Below, one piece after another: positions 1 through 8,744 of a DNA stretch of 32,000 nucleotides. Source of the DNA: Candidatus Heimdallarchaeota archaeon (GTDB taxonomy: Archaea > Asgardarchaeota > Heimdallarchaeia > Heimdallarchaeales > Kariarchaeaceae); contig JASBSB010000007.1 of NCBI GenBank assembly GCA_030149205.1, forward strand, positions 600,001-632,000. The letters run 5' to 3'. Position numbers and translations under genes: made by a program. The notes beneath the pieces were generated by a model that searched no databases, was not told the origin of the DNA, and saw only the letters and a program-made list of their open reading frames with translations. The number at the start of each line of letters is the position of its first letter. Within the stretch, counting starts at the first letter, position 1.

Positions 1-2511
1 GGTTCGAGTTCAGTTCTTGTGGCAGTAATTGATGAAGGAATCGATATCAATCATCCTGATTTAGCTGCTAACATATGGACAAACCCAGGTGAAATTCCAA
101 ACAATGGAATTGACGATGACAACAATGGATACATAGATGATATTAATGGCTGGAACTTTTTGGACAAGAACAATCTTGTTTATGGTGGAGATCCAACCAA
201 GGACACCCATGGGACCCACGTTGCAGGGACAATTGGCGCTGTTGGGAACAATGGAATAGGTGTTGTTGGGGTAAACTGGAATGTGAAAATCATGTCCCTT
301 AAGTTTCTAGGGGCGACCGGTGGTTCTACCACAGATGCAATCTCAGCTGTACAGTACGCTTCAGCTATGGGGGTAAAGATTATCTCAGCATCTTGGGGTG
401 GTGGTCCATACAATCAAGCTTTGAAGGATGCAATTGATGCTTTTCCTGGTTTATTTGTTGCAGCAGCAGGGAACTCCGCAGCAGACAATGATGCAACACC
501 TCACTACCCATCTTCTTATACATCAACAAATTTGATATCAGTTGCTTCAAGTACATCAACTGATGGGATGTCATCATTTTCAAATTATGGTGCTACATCT
601 GTAGATATAGCTGCACCAGGATCCAATATCTTGAGTACCTACCCAGGTAACTCATATAACACAATTTCAGGAACTTCTATGGCAACACCTCATGTTTCAG
701 GGGCTGCTGCTTTATTGTTGGCTAGGGATCCAACATTAACCACCGCTCAGCTAAAACAGAAACTGATAGATGGAGTTGACGTTGTACCAGCATTTCAAGG
801 GAAGGTTGTTTCTAACGGTATTTTGAACGTTTATAAGTCAATGACTGGTTCTACCCCACCTCCATCATCAACAAAGACCAGTACATTCACAGGTACAGTG
901 TCAAGCACAACTGTAGATCAGGTTCACTATTTCGACCTTACAGCAACCGGAACAATCAGTGCTACTCTCTCCTGGCCAGCAGGTCCTGATGTGGACATGT
1001 ATCTATACGCTCCAGGAGTTAACGTATATGGGACTGGGTATGTCACAAGGGCATATACCACCGCAAATCCTGAGACACTTTCCTACTCAGCAACAATAAC
1101 TGGTACATGGGCTATTCGTGTCAACTACTACAGTGGCTCATCTGCCAGTTACACATTATCTGTTACATACCCCGTCTCTGGAACAGTTGATACAACACCT
1201 CCAGCTCAGGTGACTGGTCTGACTGCAAATGCTGTCTCTACATCCCAAATCAACCTGGCATGGAATGCAAACACTGAACCAGATCTTGCAAACTACAAGA
1301 TTTACAGAGGTGGTATTCTTCTCACAAGCACTACAGTTACTTCATACAGTGATACTGGATTGGCTTCTGGCACCAGTTACTCCTATCAGGTCTCTGCTGT
1401 AGATACCTCTACAAATGAGGGACTAAAATCAACAACAGCAACTGCTACAACTCTAACTCCTTCAGATACAACCCCACCAAGTGTGACCATTGTCACTCCA
1501 ACAGGAACAGTATCTGGAACAGTTGTCGTGGAGGCAACAATTACTGATAACATAGGTGTATCCTCAGCAGATTACAGAATTGATACAGGTGTATGGGTTG
1601 CACTTATCAAAGGAACGGGCTCCTCATGGACCGCAAATCTAGATACGACAACTTTGACAGATGCTAATCACACCATTGAGGTCCGAGGACTTGATGCAGC
1701 AGCAAACACTGGAACAGCAACTGGGACTTTCACAGTAAGCAATACTCCACCATCAACTCCTGGTAAATACACCTTCACAGGAACTGTTTCGAGCACATCT
1801 CCTGATCAGGTATTTTATTTTAATGTTACCACAACTGGAACAATCAGTGCAACTCTATCATGGCCAGCAGGTCCTGATGTGGATATGTATCTGTACGCAC
1901 CTGGTGCAAATGTCTATGGGACTGGGTATGTCACAAGGGCATATACCACCGCAAATCCTGAGACACTTTCCTACTCGGCTACTACAACAGGTAAATGGGC
2001 AATCCGTGTCAATTACTACAGTGGAGCATCCGCAAGTTTCACACTTGATGTTACAGTCCCTGTACCTTCAACCACAAAAACCAGTACATTTACTGGAATA
2101 GTGTCAAGCGCAACTGTGGATCAAGTCTATTATTTTGACCTTACGGCAACCGGGACAATCAGTGCAACTCTATCATGGCCAGCAGGTCCTGATGTGGATA
2201 TGTATCTATACGCCCCTGGTGTTAATGTGTATGGAACAGGTTATGCAACCCGAGCATACACGACTGCCAATCCAGAGACATTATCTTTCTCAGCCACCAC
2301 AACAGGCACTTGGGCAATCCGTGTCAATTACTACAGTGGAGCATCAGCTAGCTTTACTTTAAGTGTTACTTATCCTGTTGCTGCTGCAACTCCTGCTAAT
2401 GTAGGATCAGTTTATGGGACATCATCAATTACTGCACAGTTACCTTCTGGTTCCTTTGGAAGTGATATGGTAGGCACCTATAGTCCAGCTGTTATTTGGA
2501 ATTACATCTAA
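1..2511 (+). CDS. S8 subtilisin-family serine protease with PPC x3, FN3 and Ig-like domains (5' partial)
   Basis: Frame 1 is open from base 1 (GSSSVLVAVIDEG), so the real start is outside the window. Catalytic triad motifs VAVIDEG (Asp), HGTHVAG (His), GTSMATPH (Ser) and oxyanion AAAGN are present. These are followed by PPC (871-1176), FN3 (~1189-1455), Ig-like (~1465-1743) and two more PPC domains. Confidence 0.95.
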   Translation, partial: GSSSVLVAVIDEGIDINHPDLAANIWTNPGEIPNNGIDDDNNGYIDDINGWNFLDKNNLVYGGDPTKDTHGTHVAGTIGAVGNNGIGVVGVNWNVKIMSLKFLGATGGSTTDAISAVQYASAMGVKIISASWGGGPYNQALKDAIDAFPGLFVAAAGNSAADNDATPHYPSSYTSTNLISVASSTSTDGMSSFSNYGATSVDIAAPGSNILSTYPGNSYNTISGTSMATPHVSGAAALLLARDPTLTTAQLKQKLIDGVDVVPAFQGKVVSNGILNVYKSMTGSTPPPSSTKTSTFTGTVSSTTVDQVHYFDLTATGTISATLSWPAGPDVDMYLYAPGVNVYGTGYVTRAYTTANPETLSYSATITGTWAIRVNYYSGSSASYTLSVTYPVSGTVDTTPPAQVTGLTANAVSTSQINLAWNANTEPDLANYKIYRGGILLTSTTVTSYSDTGLASGTSYSYQVSAVDTSTNEGLKSTTATATTLTPSDTTPPSVTIVTPTGTVSGTVVVEATITDNIGVSSADYRIDTGVWVALIKGTGSSWTANLDTTTLTDANHTIEVRGLDAAANTGTATGTFTVSNTPPSTPGKYTFTGTVSSTSPDQVFYFNVTTTGTISATLSWPAGPDVDMYLYAPGANVYGTGYVTRAYTTANPETLSYSATTTGKWAIRVNYYSGASASFTLDVTVPVPSTTKTSTFTGIVSSATVDQVYYFDLTATGTISATLSWPAGPDVDMYLYAPGVNVYGTGYATRAYTTANPETLSFSATTTGTWAIRVNYYSGASASFTLSVTYPVAAATPANVGSVYGTSSITAQLPSGSFGSDMVGTYSPAVIWNYI
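871..1176 (+). repeat. PPC-domain repeat copy 1 (306 nt)
   Basis: Encodes TKTSTFTGTVSS...WPAGPDVDMYLYAPG...YTTANPETLSYSAT...WAIRVNYYSG...VTYPV. Bases 1027-1088 are identical to 1915-1976. Confidence 0.95.
1759..2064 (+). repeat. PPC-domain repeat copy 2 (306 nt)
   Basis: Same 102-aa module. Shares identical blocks with copy 1 (62 bp) and copy 3 (53 bp and 35 bp). Confidence 0.95.
2074..2379 (+). repeat. PPC-domain repeat copy 3 (306 nt)
   Basis: Same module. Bases 2155-2207 equal 1840-1892, and 2311-2345 equal 1996-2030. Confidence 0.95.
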
Positions 2512-2574
2512 GAATCCTGTAGAATTTAAATAAAATCAAACTATTAATATAAACAAAATAAACTTAATAATTAT

Positions 2575-3462
2575 GTGAATGACATTATAGAAATCAATAT
2601 GGTAAATTTACGTTTTTTTTGGAATTATGTCGATGAAAGATACCTCATTCTTCACAAAAGAAAGCAAGGTCACCTTCCACCATGGACTGAGGATTCAATT
2701 TTGCGAAAATACAAATTCACCAATGTGTTTAGACGTGATGATCCGGGGACTCAATTTGTTCTTAACAAAATTATTCCCTTTTATACAGAGGATATACAAA
2801 ATCTCTTATTTAACATAATTCTTTATAGACTTTTTAACAAGATTGAAACTTACGAGCTTATAGGTGGTCAAAACCATAAAAAATTCGATAAGCTAGAAAT
2901 TAGGCATGCCCTTGAAGAAACAAGGCACCCTGTCTTTACGAATGCATTTATAGTTTCTCCTTATAATTTTTTGAAAGAAGAAGGTACTAAAATTGCTCGA
3001 GTTGTTAAGTTGTTGGAACTTATAGCCAAAGATATTCCTATTGTAACAGAAAAAATCATAAGGAACAGAGCGTCAGAAGTTACCTACTCTGTTCTCAAAT
3101 CCTTACCGGGAATAGGTGAATTTCTTGCATATCAAATTTGCGTGGACCTCGGCTATTATTCACATGAATTTTATGATGAAAACAAACATGTGGTTGCAGG
3201 AAAAGGGGCTTTAAATGGTCTTAACTTTCTATTCCCTAATTCATTTAAGCGTCATTCAACATATCTCATAAAATTTTTAGTTGATACACAATCTTATTGG
3301 CTTAGAAGACTTTCTCAATCTAATTCTCCCCTTATCAGAGACTATGGATATAAACCCTTGAATTTAATGGCAGTAGAAAACTGTCTCTGTGAGATTTCTA
3401 AGTATCTCAAGGCATTGTATGGATTGGGGCGTCCCCGTGTAAGGTATAAAATCAAGTATTAA
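2575..3462 (+). CDS. aGPT-Pplase1 / 5-hmdU DNA kinase helical-domain family protein (putative DNA base hypermodification amino acid:DNA transferase)
   Basis: Family-type motifs along the full length: FFWNYVDER, PPWTEDSILRKYKFTNVFRRDD, LFNIILYRLFNKIET, GIGEFLAYQICVDL, DENKHVVAGKGALNGL, ENCLCEISKY, GRPRVRY. Start is either GTG 2575 or ATG 2599. Confidence 0.85.
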   Translation: MNDIIEINMVNLRFFWNYVDERYLILHKRKQGHLPPWTEDSILRKYKFTNVFRRDDPGTQFVLNKIIPFYTEDIQNLLFNIILYRLFNKIETYELIGGQNHKKFDKLEIRHALEETRHPVFTNAFIVSPYNFLKEEGTKIARVVKLLELIAKDIPIVTEKIIRNRASEVTYSVLKSLPGIGEFLAYQICVDLGYYSHEFYDENKHVVAGKGALNGLNFLFPNSFKRHSTYLIKFLVDTQSYWLRRLSQSNSPLIRDYGYKPLNLMAVENCLCEISKYLKALYGLGRPRVRYKIKY

Positions 3463-3520
3463 CTGATACTCATCTTTGGTATTATCGAGTGTTATTTAAA
3501 CCTGCAAACATAGGTAATAT

Positions 3521-5368
3521 ATGGAGCAGCTTCAGATCGTAAAGGATTTGATTGGGGCTGATAAACTTAGTGAGGCAGAGAAAAAGCTAAATGTAATCCA
3601 AGATCAGATTTCTGAGTTTGAATATATTAACCAAGTCTCAATCATTCAAGAAAAAAGAGGGTTAAATGATGACCTTTTCAAATCTGCTCTGAAGCTATAT
3701 GAACTTGCACAGCATTCTAAACTTGATGCTGAACTACTACAATCCTATATTCGGTTGATCTATGCCAATTGGAGGCTAGACAAACTTGAAGAAGCCCAGT
3801 CGTTTATAGATCTAGGGGTTAAATTACTAGATGGGGCAAATGATGATACATTACTTCCATTAGCTGGGGAACTCTATTACCTTGCGGGAGTAATTAATCA
3901 TGTTATGGGAGAGTCACTGGTTTTGATCAAAAGTTGGTTTGATAAATCTTTAGAGATTAGGCTTGAACTCGATGATGAACTGTTGTTATCATATACCTTA
4001 AATGCTCTTGCAATCGTTGAAGAGGACTTAGGGAATATTAGAGCAGCTATTTCCTATTATTTGAGTAGTCTGGAAATAAAAGAAAAGTATTCTAACAGCT
4101 TGGGACTTGCCCGGGGTTATTTTAATTTGGCTCAATTATATATCTCTACAGGAGACCTGAATAGAGCGAGAGAATTAGTTCCTAGGGTGGAGGAATTTTA
4201 TTCTAAAGTTGAGCATAAAACAGAGAGGCGGATGGTTCGCGAATTGAAGGCTCAAATTGCATATCAATCTGGTGACATTAAATCTGCTATTAATGAAAGA
4301 AAAACCAAAATCAATATTGCAGGTTTAAAACCTGATACGGATCAATATTTCGCTGAACTGCAAAAGTTGATAGATCCTTATATGTTGTTAGGACAGCGAT
4401 ATGACGCAGAAAAGATATTACAAGAGATAGCAAACTTCTACAATTCTGATGAGAGTAAGTTAACATATTTATTAGCATTACAATCCTATTATGCAAATCA
4501 TCCATCTACTCGTGAAAAGCTTAAATCGAAACCGATAGCCTACAAAATCTTAAACCATAAAGATTCTGGCAATTATTTGAAAATAAATACAATCTATACT
4601 ATTTTGACTGTAACTTTTTTGGAGATTTCCTTATTTTCAGAACCTGAGAAGATTCAAGAGGTGAGGGGACTTCTTAACAAATTGGAAGATTATTTTATTC
4701 AACCAACCATTCATGTTAAGGTAATAAGAGACTATATTTTAGGAAAAATAGCTTATTTTGACCAAAATTCACTTGAAATGCAATATAGATATAACAAAGC
4801 GCAAAAGTTAGCAGAAAAGAATGGACTGACTGCCCTTGCAACACAGATTTCGAAGGATTTCTACTCAAACACGGTTCATCTGTCTCCAGAGATGAACAAT
4901 GCATTTTCTGCCAACCATAACCAAACAAGGTACTTTGGTTCTGATCTTCAGTCTCTTAATTTAATCAGACCATTAAGGATATCTGAGCCACCTCGAGCAT
5001 TTTACATTATTGACTCATCTGGATTGTTAAGATACCAAAAAAATTTTAGCATGAATCTAAAAGTGAGTTCTTCTCTATTTTCAGCTTTCATAACGGCTAT
5101 CAAGCAATTCGGTGAGGAAGCATTAGAATCAGACCAGTTGAAGCGAATATGGATTGAAAATTACGTAATTGTATTCGATCAATGGGAGCAACTGACTCTT
5201 TGTCTTATCGTAGGGGGAAACTCATCAAACTTGGAGGAGAAAATCAGAAGATTTAAAGAAAAAATCGATAACGATCTGGAACTAAAAGAGTTGCTTATCA
5301 ACTCTAAATCAAAAATCATCTCTAATGACAAATTGGAGCTTCTCTCAGAATCAATTTTTATTCGCTAA
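3521..5368 (+). CDS. TPR-repeat protein with C-terminal longin-like domain
   Basis: TPR-like helices (AGELYYLAGVINH, LSYTLNALAIVEEDLGNIRAAISYYLSSLEIKE, LARGYFNLAQLYISTGDLNRA). The C-terminal ~125 aa (FYIIDSSGLLRY...LFSAFITAIKQFGEE...LKRIWIENYVIVF...LTLCLIV) follows the longin beta-beta-alpha-beta-beta-beta-alpha pattern. Confidence 0.75.
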   Translation: MEQLQIVKDLIGADKLSEAEKKLNVIQDQISEFEYINQVSIIQEKRGLNDDLFKSALKLYELAQHSKLDAELLQSYIRLIYANWRLDKLEEAQSFIDLGVKLLDGANDDTLLPLAGELYYLAGVINHVMGESLVLIKSWFDKSLEIRLELDDELLLSYTLNALAIVEEDLGNIRAAISYYLSSLEIKEKYSNSLGLARGYFNLAQLYISTGDLNRARELVPRVEEFYSKVEHKTERRMVRELKAQIAYQSGDIKSAINERKTKINIAGLKPDTDQYFAELQKLIDPYMLLGQRYDAEKILQEIANFYNSDESKLTYLLALQSYYANHPSTREKLKSKPIAYKILNHKDSGNYLKINTIYTILTVTFLEISLFSEPEKIQEVRGLLNKLEDYFIQPTIHVKVIRDYILGKIAYFDQNSLEMQYRYNKAQKLAEKNGLTALATQISKDFYSNTVHLSPEMNNAFSANHNQTRYFGSDLQSLNLIRPLRISEPPRAFYIIDSSGLLRYQKNFSMNLKVSSSLFSAFITAIKQFGEEALESDQLKRIWIENYVIVFDQWEQLTLCLIVGGNSSNLEEKIRRFKEKIDNDLELKELLINSKSKIISNDKLELLSESIFIR

Positions 5369-5420
5369 TTATAATTGCCTAAATTAATTGAATGATGATT
5401 TTATTATATTATTATGTGTT

Positions 5421-6749
5421 CTATTTATCATTAAATTTGTGCCAGAAGTGCTGTGCCTCTTGCCATCCGATATCCTTTCTATAATGAAGGTTATTTCCTT
5501 CTATAAAAATTTTTGATATTTCTCTGTAAATCTTTGATCTGAGATCGATGATGTCTTCTCCTTGTGCAACAAGGCTAAAGAGTCTCCCCCCATTAACAGT
5601 TGGTAAAGGGTCGAGTGCTATACCTCCACTGTAGAGAGAGACATTGTTTGCAACCTTTTCTAACCCATAGATCTGTTTGCCTTTGACATTTCTATAGTCT
5701 CCAGGATATCCTTTTGAAGCTCCTACAACACAGAGTCGTTTGATTTCGTCGTGAAACTTCTGTGATTGTGTAAGGTTTCCTTTAATACATCTCTCTATCA
5801 TCTCATAATATGATCCTAGAATACCCGGAATAACCACCTGACTTTCAGGGTCTCCCCACCTGGCATTGTATTCAATCGCTTTGATCTCCCCTGAGGGTAG
5901 AACTATCCCACTGAAGTATAATATCCCAACAAAAGGTTCTCCTTCATCTTTTAATCCCTTGATAACTGGTTGTACAAATACTTTCACAATTTCATCAATG
6001 CGGTTCTTAACTATATATGGGTGAGAGATTGACCCCATTCCCCCAGTTTGTTCACCCGTATCGAAATCATCTGCCAATTTAAAATCTTGAGCAGGTGGGA
6101 AAACGATGAAATTTTCACCATCAGATAATGCATAAACAGAGAATTCCTCTCCAATTAATCCTTCTTCAATAAGAAAGGTTTTTCCGGAATCTCCAAAGTT
6201 TTTCATTTTTCGAATATTTTGTTCTGCCTCTTTGAAGTTCGTTGATTTTAATGCCCCTTTTCCTGCAGCGAGTCCACTCGCTTTGACAAACAGAATTTTA
6301 TCCTTTTGATTACCGTAAGCTTCAGAAATATATTGAAGTGCGTCTTTTTCTGATGTGAATACCTCAAAATTTGGGTGTGGGATGTTATGTGTCTTCATAA
6401 ATCGTCTTGACCATGCCTTGTCCCACTCTATTCTTGCTGAGTTTCGCCTTGGACCAAATACCTTGTATCCATAGGTTTGTAACAGATCAACGGTTCCATG
6501 TGCCAGAGCATCATCCTGGGCGACGTCCACAAGGTCTGGTTTGTATTTTTCTGCAATTTTTAAAATGCTTTCGGGCTGTTTTAAATTAGAATTTTTCTCA
6601 ATTATTATAGTTTTATTTCGCTTAAAACCGATATAGTCATTCCCTGGGCTTATAATTATTGTGCCGACTTCAGGACTGTTTTCATATGCTTCTGAAAGTA
6701 CATGTTCTCTGGCTCCGCTCCCCACTATCAGTACAGTTTTTAAACTCAA
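5421..6749 (-). CDS. purD: phosphoribosylamine--glycine ligase
   Basis: VLIVGSGAREH, VKASGLAAGKG, EEGLIGEEFS, QTGGMG, EYNARWGDPESQ, VNGGRL. TTG start overlaps the purF stop by 4 nt. Confidence 0.97.
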   Translation of the reverse strand: MSLKTVLIVGSGAREHVLSEAYENSPEVGTIIISPGNDYIGFKRNKTIIIEKNSNLKQPESILKIAEKYKPDLVDVAQDDALAHGTVDLLQTYGYKVFGPRRNSARIEWDKAWSRRFMKTHNIPHPNFEVFTSEKDALQYISEAYGNQKDKILFVKASGLAAGKGALKSTNFKEAEQNIRKMKNFGDSGKTFLIEEGLIGEEFSVYALSDGENFIVFPPAQDFKLADDFDTGEQTGGMGSISHPYIVKNRIDEIVKVFVQPVIKGLKDEGEPFVGILYFSGIVLPSGEIKAIEYNARWGDPESQVVIPGILGSYYEMIERCIKGNLTQSQKFHDEIKRLCVVGASKGYPGDYRNVKGKQIYGLEKVANNVSLYSGGIALDPLPTVNGGRLFSLVAQGEDIIDLRSKIYREISKIFIEGNNLHYRKDIGWQEAQHFWHKFNDK

Positions 6750-8143
6750 CTTACTCCACTTCCATTGACCTTGAGCAAAAACGCTCTCTCACTAATCTCT
6801 TTGAGTTGCTCACCAAAGGGTGTAGGGTAGTTTCCATCAATACATGCATAACAGGCTTCTAACCCCTTCAAAGAGGTTTTTAACCCATCTAATGATAAGT
6901 AAGTCAAGCTGCTTGCATTGATTTCCTCTTTTATTTCACTCTCAGATTTTTCAGCTGCAATAAGTTCACCTCTGGTTGGAAAATCCACTCCATAGTAACA
7001 GGCTTGCGAAATGGGTGGACTTGTGATAGCAACATGAACCTCATTAGCTCCTTTTTGTTTTAGCAACTTTATAAGATATTTTAAGGTTAACCCTCTAACT
7101 ATTGAGTCATCAATTAATAGCAAATTCTTACCTTCTATTAAGCTGTCAATAAAGAGGTATTTTTCCATTGCTGCTTTAATTCTTGTTTCAACTGTTGGCA
7201 TGATGAAGGTTCGTTTTGATGATCTGTTCTTGATAATTGCATCTCGAAGGGGAATCTGTAATATTTCTGAAATTGGCTGTGCTGCTGTCTTTGAGGTGTC
7301 AGGAACAGGGACAACGTAGTCTGCTTTAATGTTTCTCTCCTTAAGTTGAAGAGCCAGTTCCTCCCCTAATGCGATCCTTGTTTGATAAACGCTGATATCT
7401 TCAATTTTAGAGGCAGCCGAAGCAAAATAGATGTATTCGAACATACAGTGAGTGTGTTCTTTACTCGTTACCAATTCTACTGGTCTACTTTGTAATCCTG
7501 AAAATAGAATATAATTTCCGGGTTCAAGAACTGAAATGCTATCAAATCCGGCCTGTTGTAAAACCACAGACTCTGATGCCACTAGACAGAAGTTTTCATT
7601 TTGTGCATAGACTATGGGTCGGATACCTCGTGGATCTCTAAAAGCAAACAATTTGTCTCCAATTATCCCCACACAAGAGTAAGCACCATCCATGGTGAGC
7701 ATTAATTCCTTGATAGATTCCTCCAAGGATTTACCTTGATTGATGAGTTTTCCCAAGAGATGTGTAATTAACTCTGCATCACTGCTGTATTCTTTGTCGC
7801 TTAATTGACTCATATTTAAAATTTGACCATTATGTGCCAGAGACAATGAACCAAGTCTGGTTTGAAAGCTAAATGGCTGTGCAAATTTATTTGTGGCTGA
7901 TCCTCCGGTTCTGTCTCCATAAGTGGGATACCTGGTACTACCAATAATTGCTGTCGATATGTCAGCTCTATCTATATTGATAAACTTTGGTTCAGACTTT
8001 ACCTTTGAGTCTCTGTGAATTCCATACTCATCCACCCAAGCAAGCCCAGAAGCGTCCTGTCCTCTGTGGACTAGTAATTGTAGTAGGTTTTGAGCAGTAT
8101 TTAGTTGCATTTCTTTTCCACATATTCCAATAATACCACACAT
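6746..8143 (-). CDS. purF: amidophosphoribosyltransferase
   Basis: N-terminal nucleophile MCGIIG, HRGQDASG, AHNGQI, FRDPRGIRP, PRPP motif LLIDDSIVRG, and the Cys pattern of [4Fe-4S]-type PurF (CMFEYIYF, ACYYGVD, ACYAC). Confidence 0.97.
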   Translation of the reverse strand: MCGIIGICGKEMQLNTAQNLLQLLVHRGQDASGLAWVDEYGIHRDSKVKSEPKFINIDRADISTAIIGSTRYPTYGDRTGGSATNKFAQPFSFQTRLGSLSLAHNGQILNMSQLSDKEYSSDAELITHLLGKLINQGKSLEESIKELMLTMDGAYSCVGIIGDKLFAFRDPRGIRPIVYAQNENFCLVASESVVLQQAGFDSISVLEPGNYILFSGLQSRPVELVTSKEHTHCMFEYIYFASAASKIEDISVYQTRIALGEELALQLKERNIKADYVVPVPDTSKTAAQPISEILQIPLRDAIIKNRSSKRTFIMPTVETRIKAAMEKYLFIDSLIEGKNLLLIDDSIVRGLTLKYLIKLLKQKGANEVHVAITSPPISQACYYGVDFPTRGELIAAEKSESEIKEEINASSLTYLSLDGLKTSLKGLEACYACIDGNYPTPFGEQLKEISERAFLLKVNGSGVS

Positions 8144-8144
8144 G

Positions 8145-8744
8145 TCAGTTTTCCCCCTTATTCACTTCATTTTGCAATTTTTCCTCTGCAAGTCTTTCCA
8201 CAACTCTAGGGAGGAGTGTATGTTCAACCTGAAGAATTTTATGCGTAAGTGTCTCAAGAGAGTCAGTACCTAAAATATGTACACATTCTTGATCAATAAT
8301 TGATCCACTATCAAGTTCTTCAGTAACGAGGTGAACAGTTGCTCCAGTGACCTTAACACCATATTCAAATGCTTGCTTTTGTGCATTTAACCCCTTAAAG
8401 GCTGGTAGGAGACTTGGGTGAATGTTTATAATTTTGTTCCTGAACGTACTAAGAAACTCTCCACCTATGATTCTCATGTAACCAGCCAGAACTATGAGAT
8501 CTAAGTCATACTTTGTTAGTTCTTTTAGGATCTCTTTTTCATGATCATCCCTATTTGTAAATTTATTGTGGGGGATACATCTGGAATTTATTCCAAATTC
8601 TGAAGCCCGTCTTAATATTGGGGCTCCATCTATGTTAGAGATAACAACCTTAATTGAAATGGGTAGATCTTTAGTCTTAATGTATTCTGCGAGAGCTACG
8701 AAATTTGACCCTCTTCCTGAACCAAGAACTGCGATATTAAACAT
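8145..8744 (-). CDS. purN: phosphoribosylglycinamide formyltransferase (folate-dependent)
   Basis: IAVLGSGRGSNF, LAGYMRI, NIHPSLLPAFKG, GATVHLVTEELDSG. The start is probably ATG 8744 (GAGGG lies ~7 nt upstream) or 8750, not the track's 8765. Confidence 0.95.
   Translation of the reverse strand: MFNIAVLGSGRGSNFVALAEYIKTKDLPISIKVVISNIDGAPILRRASEFGINSRCIPHNKFTNRDDHEKEILKELTKYDLDLIVLAGYMRIIGGEFLSTFRNKIINIHPSLLPAFKGLNAQKQAFEYGVKVTGATVHLVTEELDSGSIIDQECVHILGTDSLETLTHKILQVEHTLLPRVVERLAEEKLQNEVNKGEN

Noticed and set aside
2380-2511. Protease C-terminal tail as a PGF-CTERM/archaeosortase or membrane anchor
   Set aside because: No PGF-like motif, no TM helix and no basic terminus.
2512-3520. aGPT-Pplase gene as a low-GC island or provirus remnant
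   Set aside because: Six sampled 60-nt lines ranged from about 22 to 42% GC, overlapping neighbouring genes. There is no integrase, att-like repeat or viral gene.
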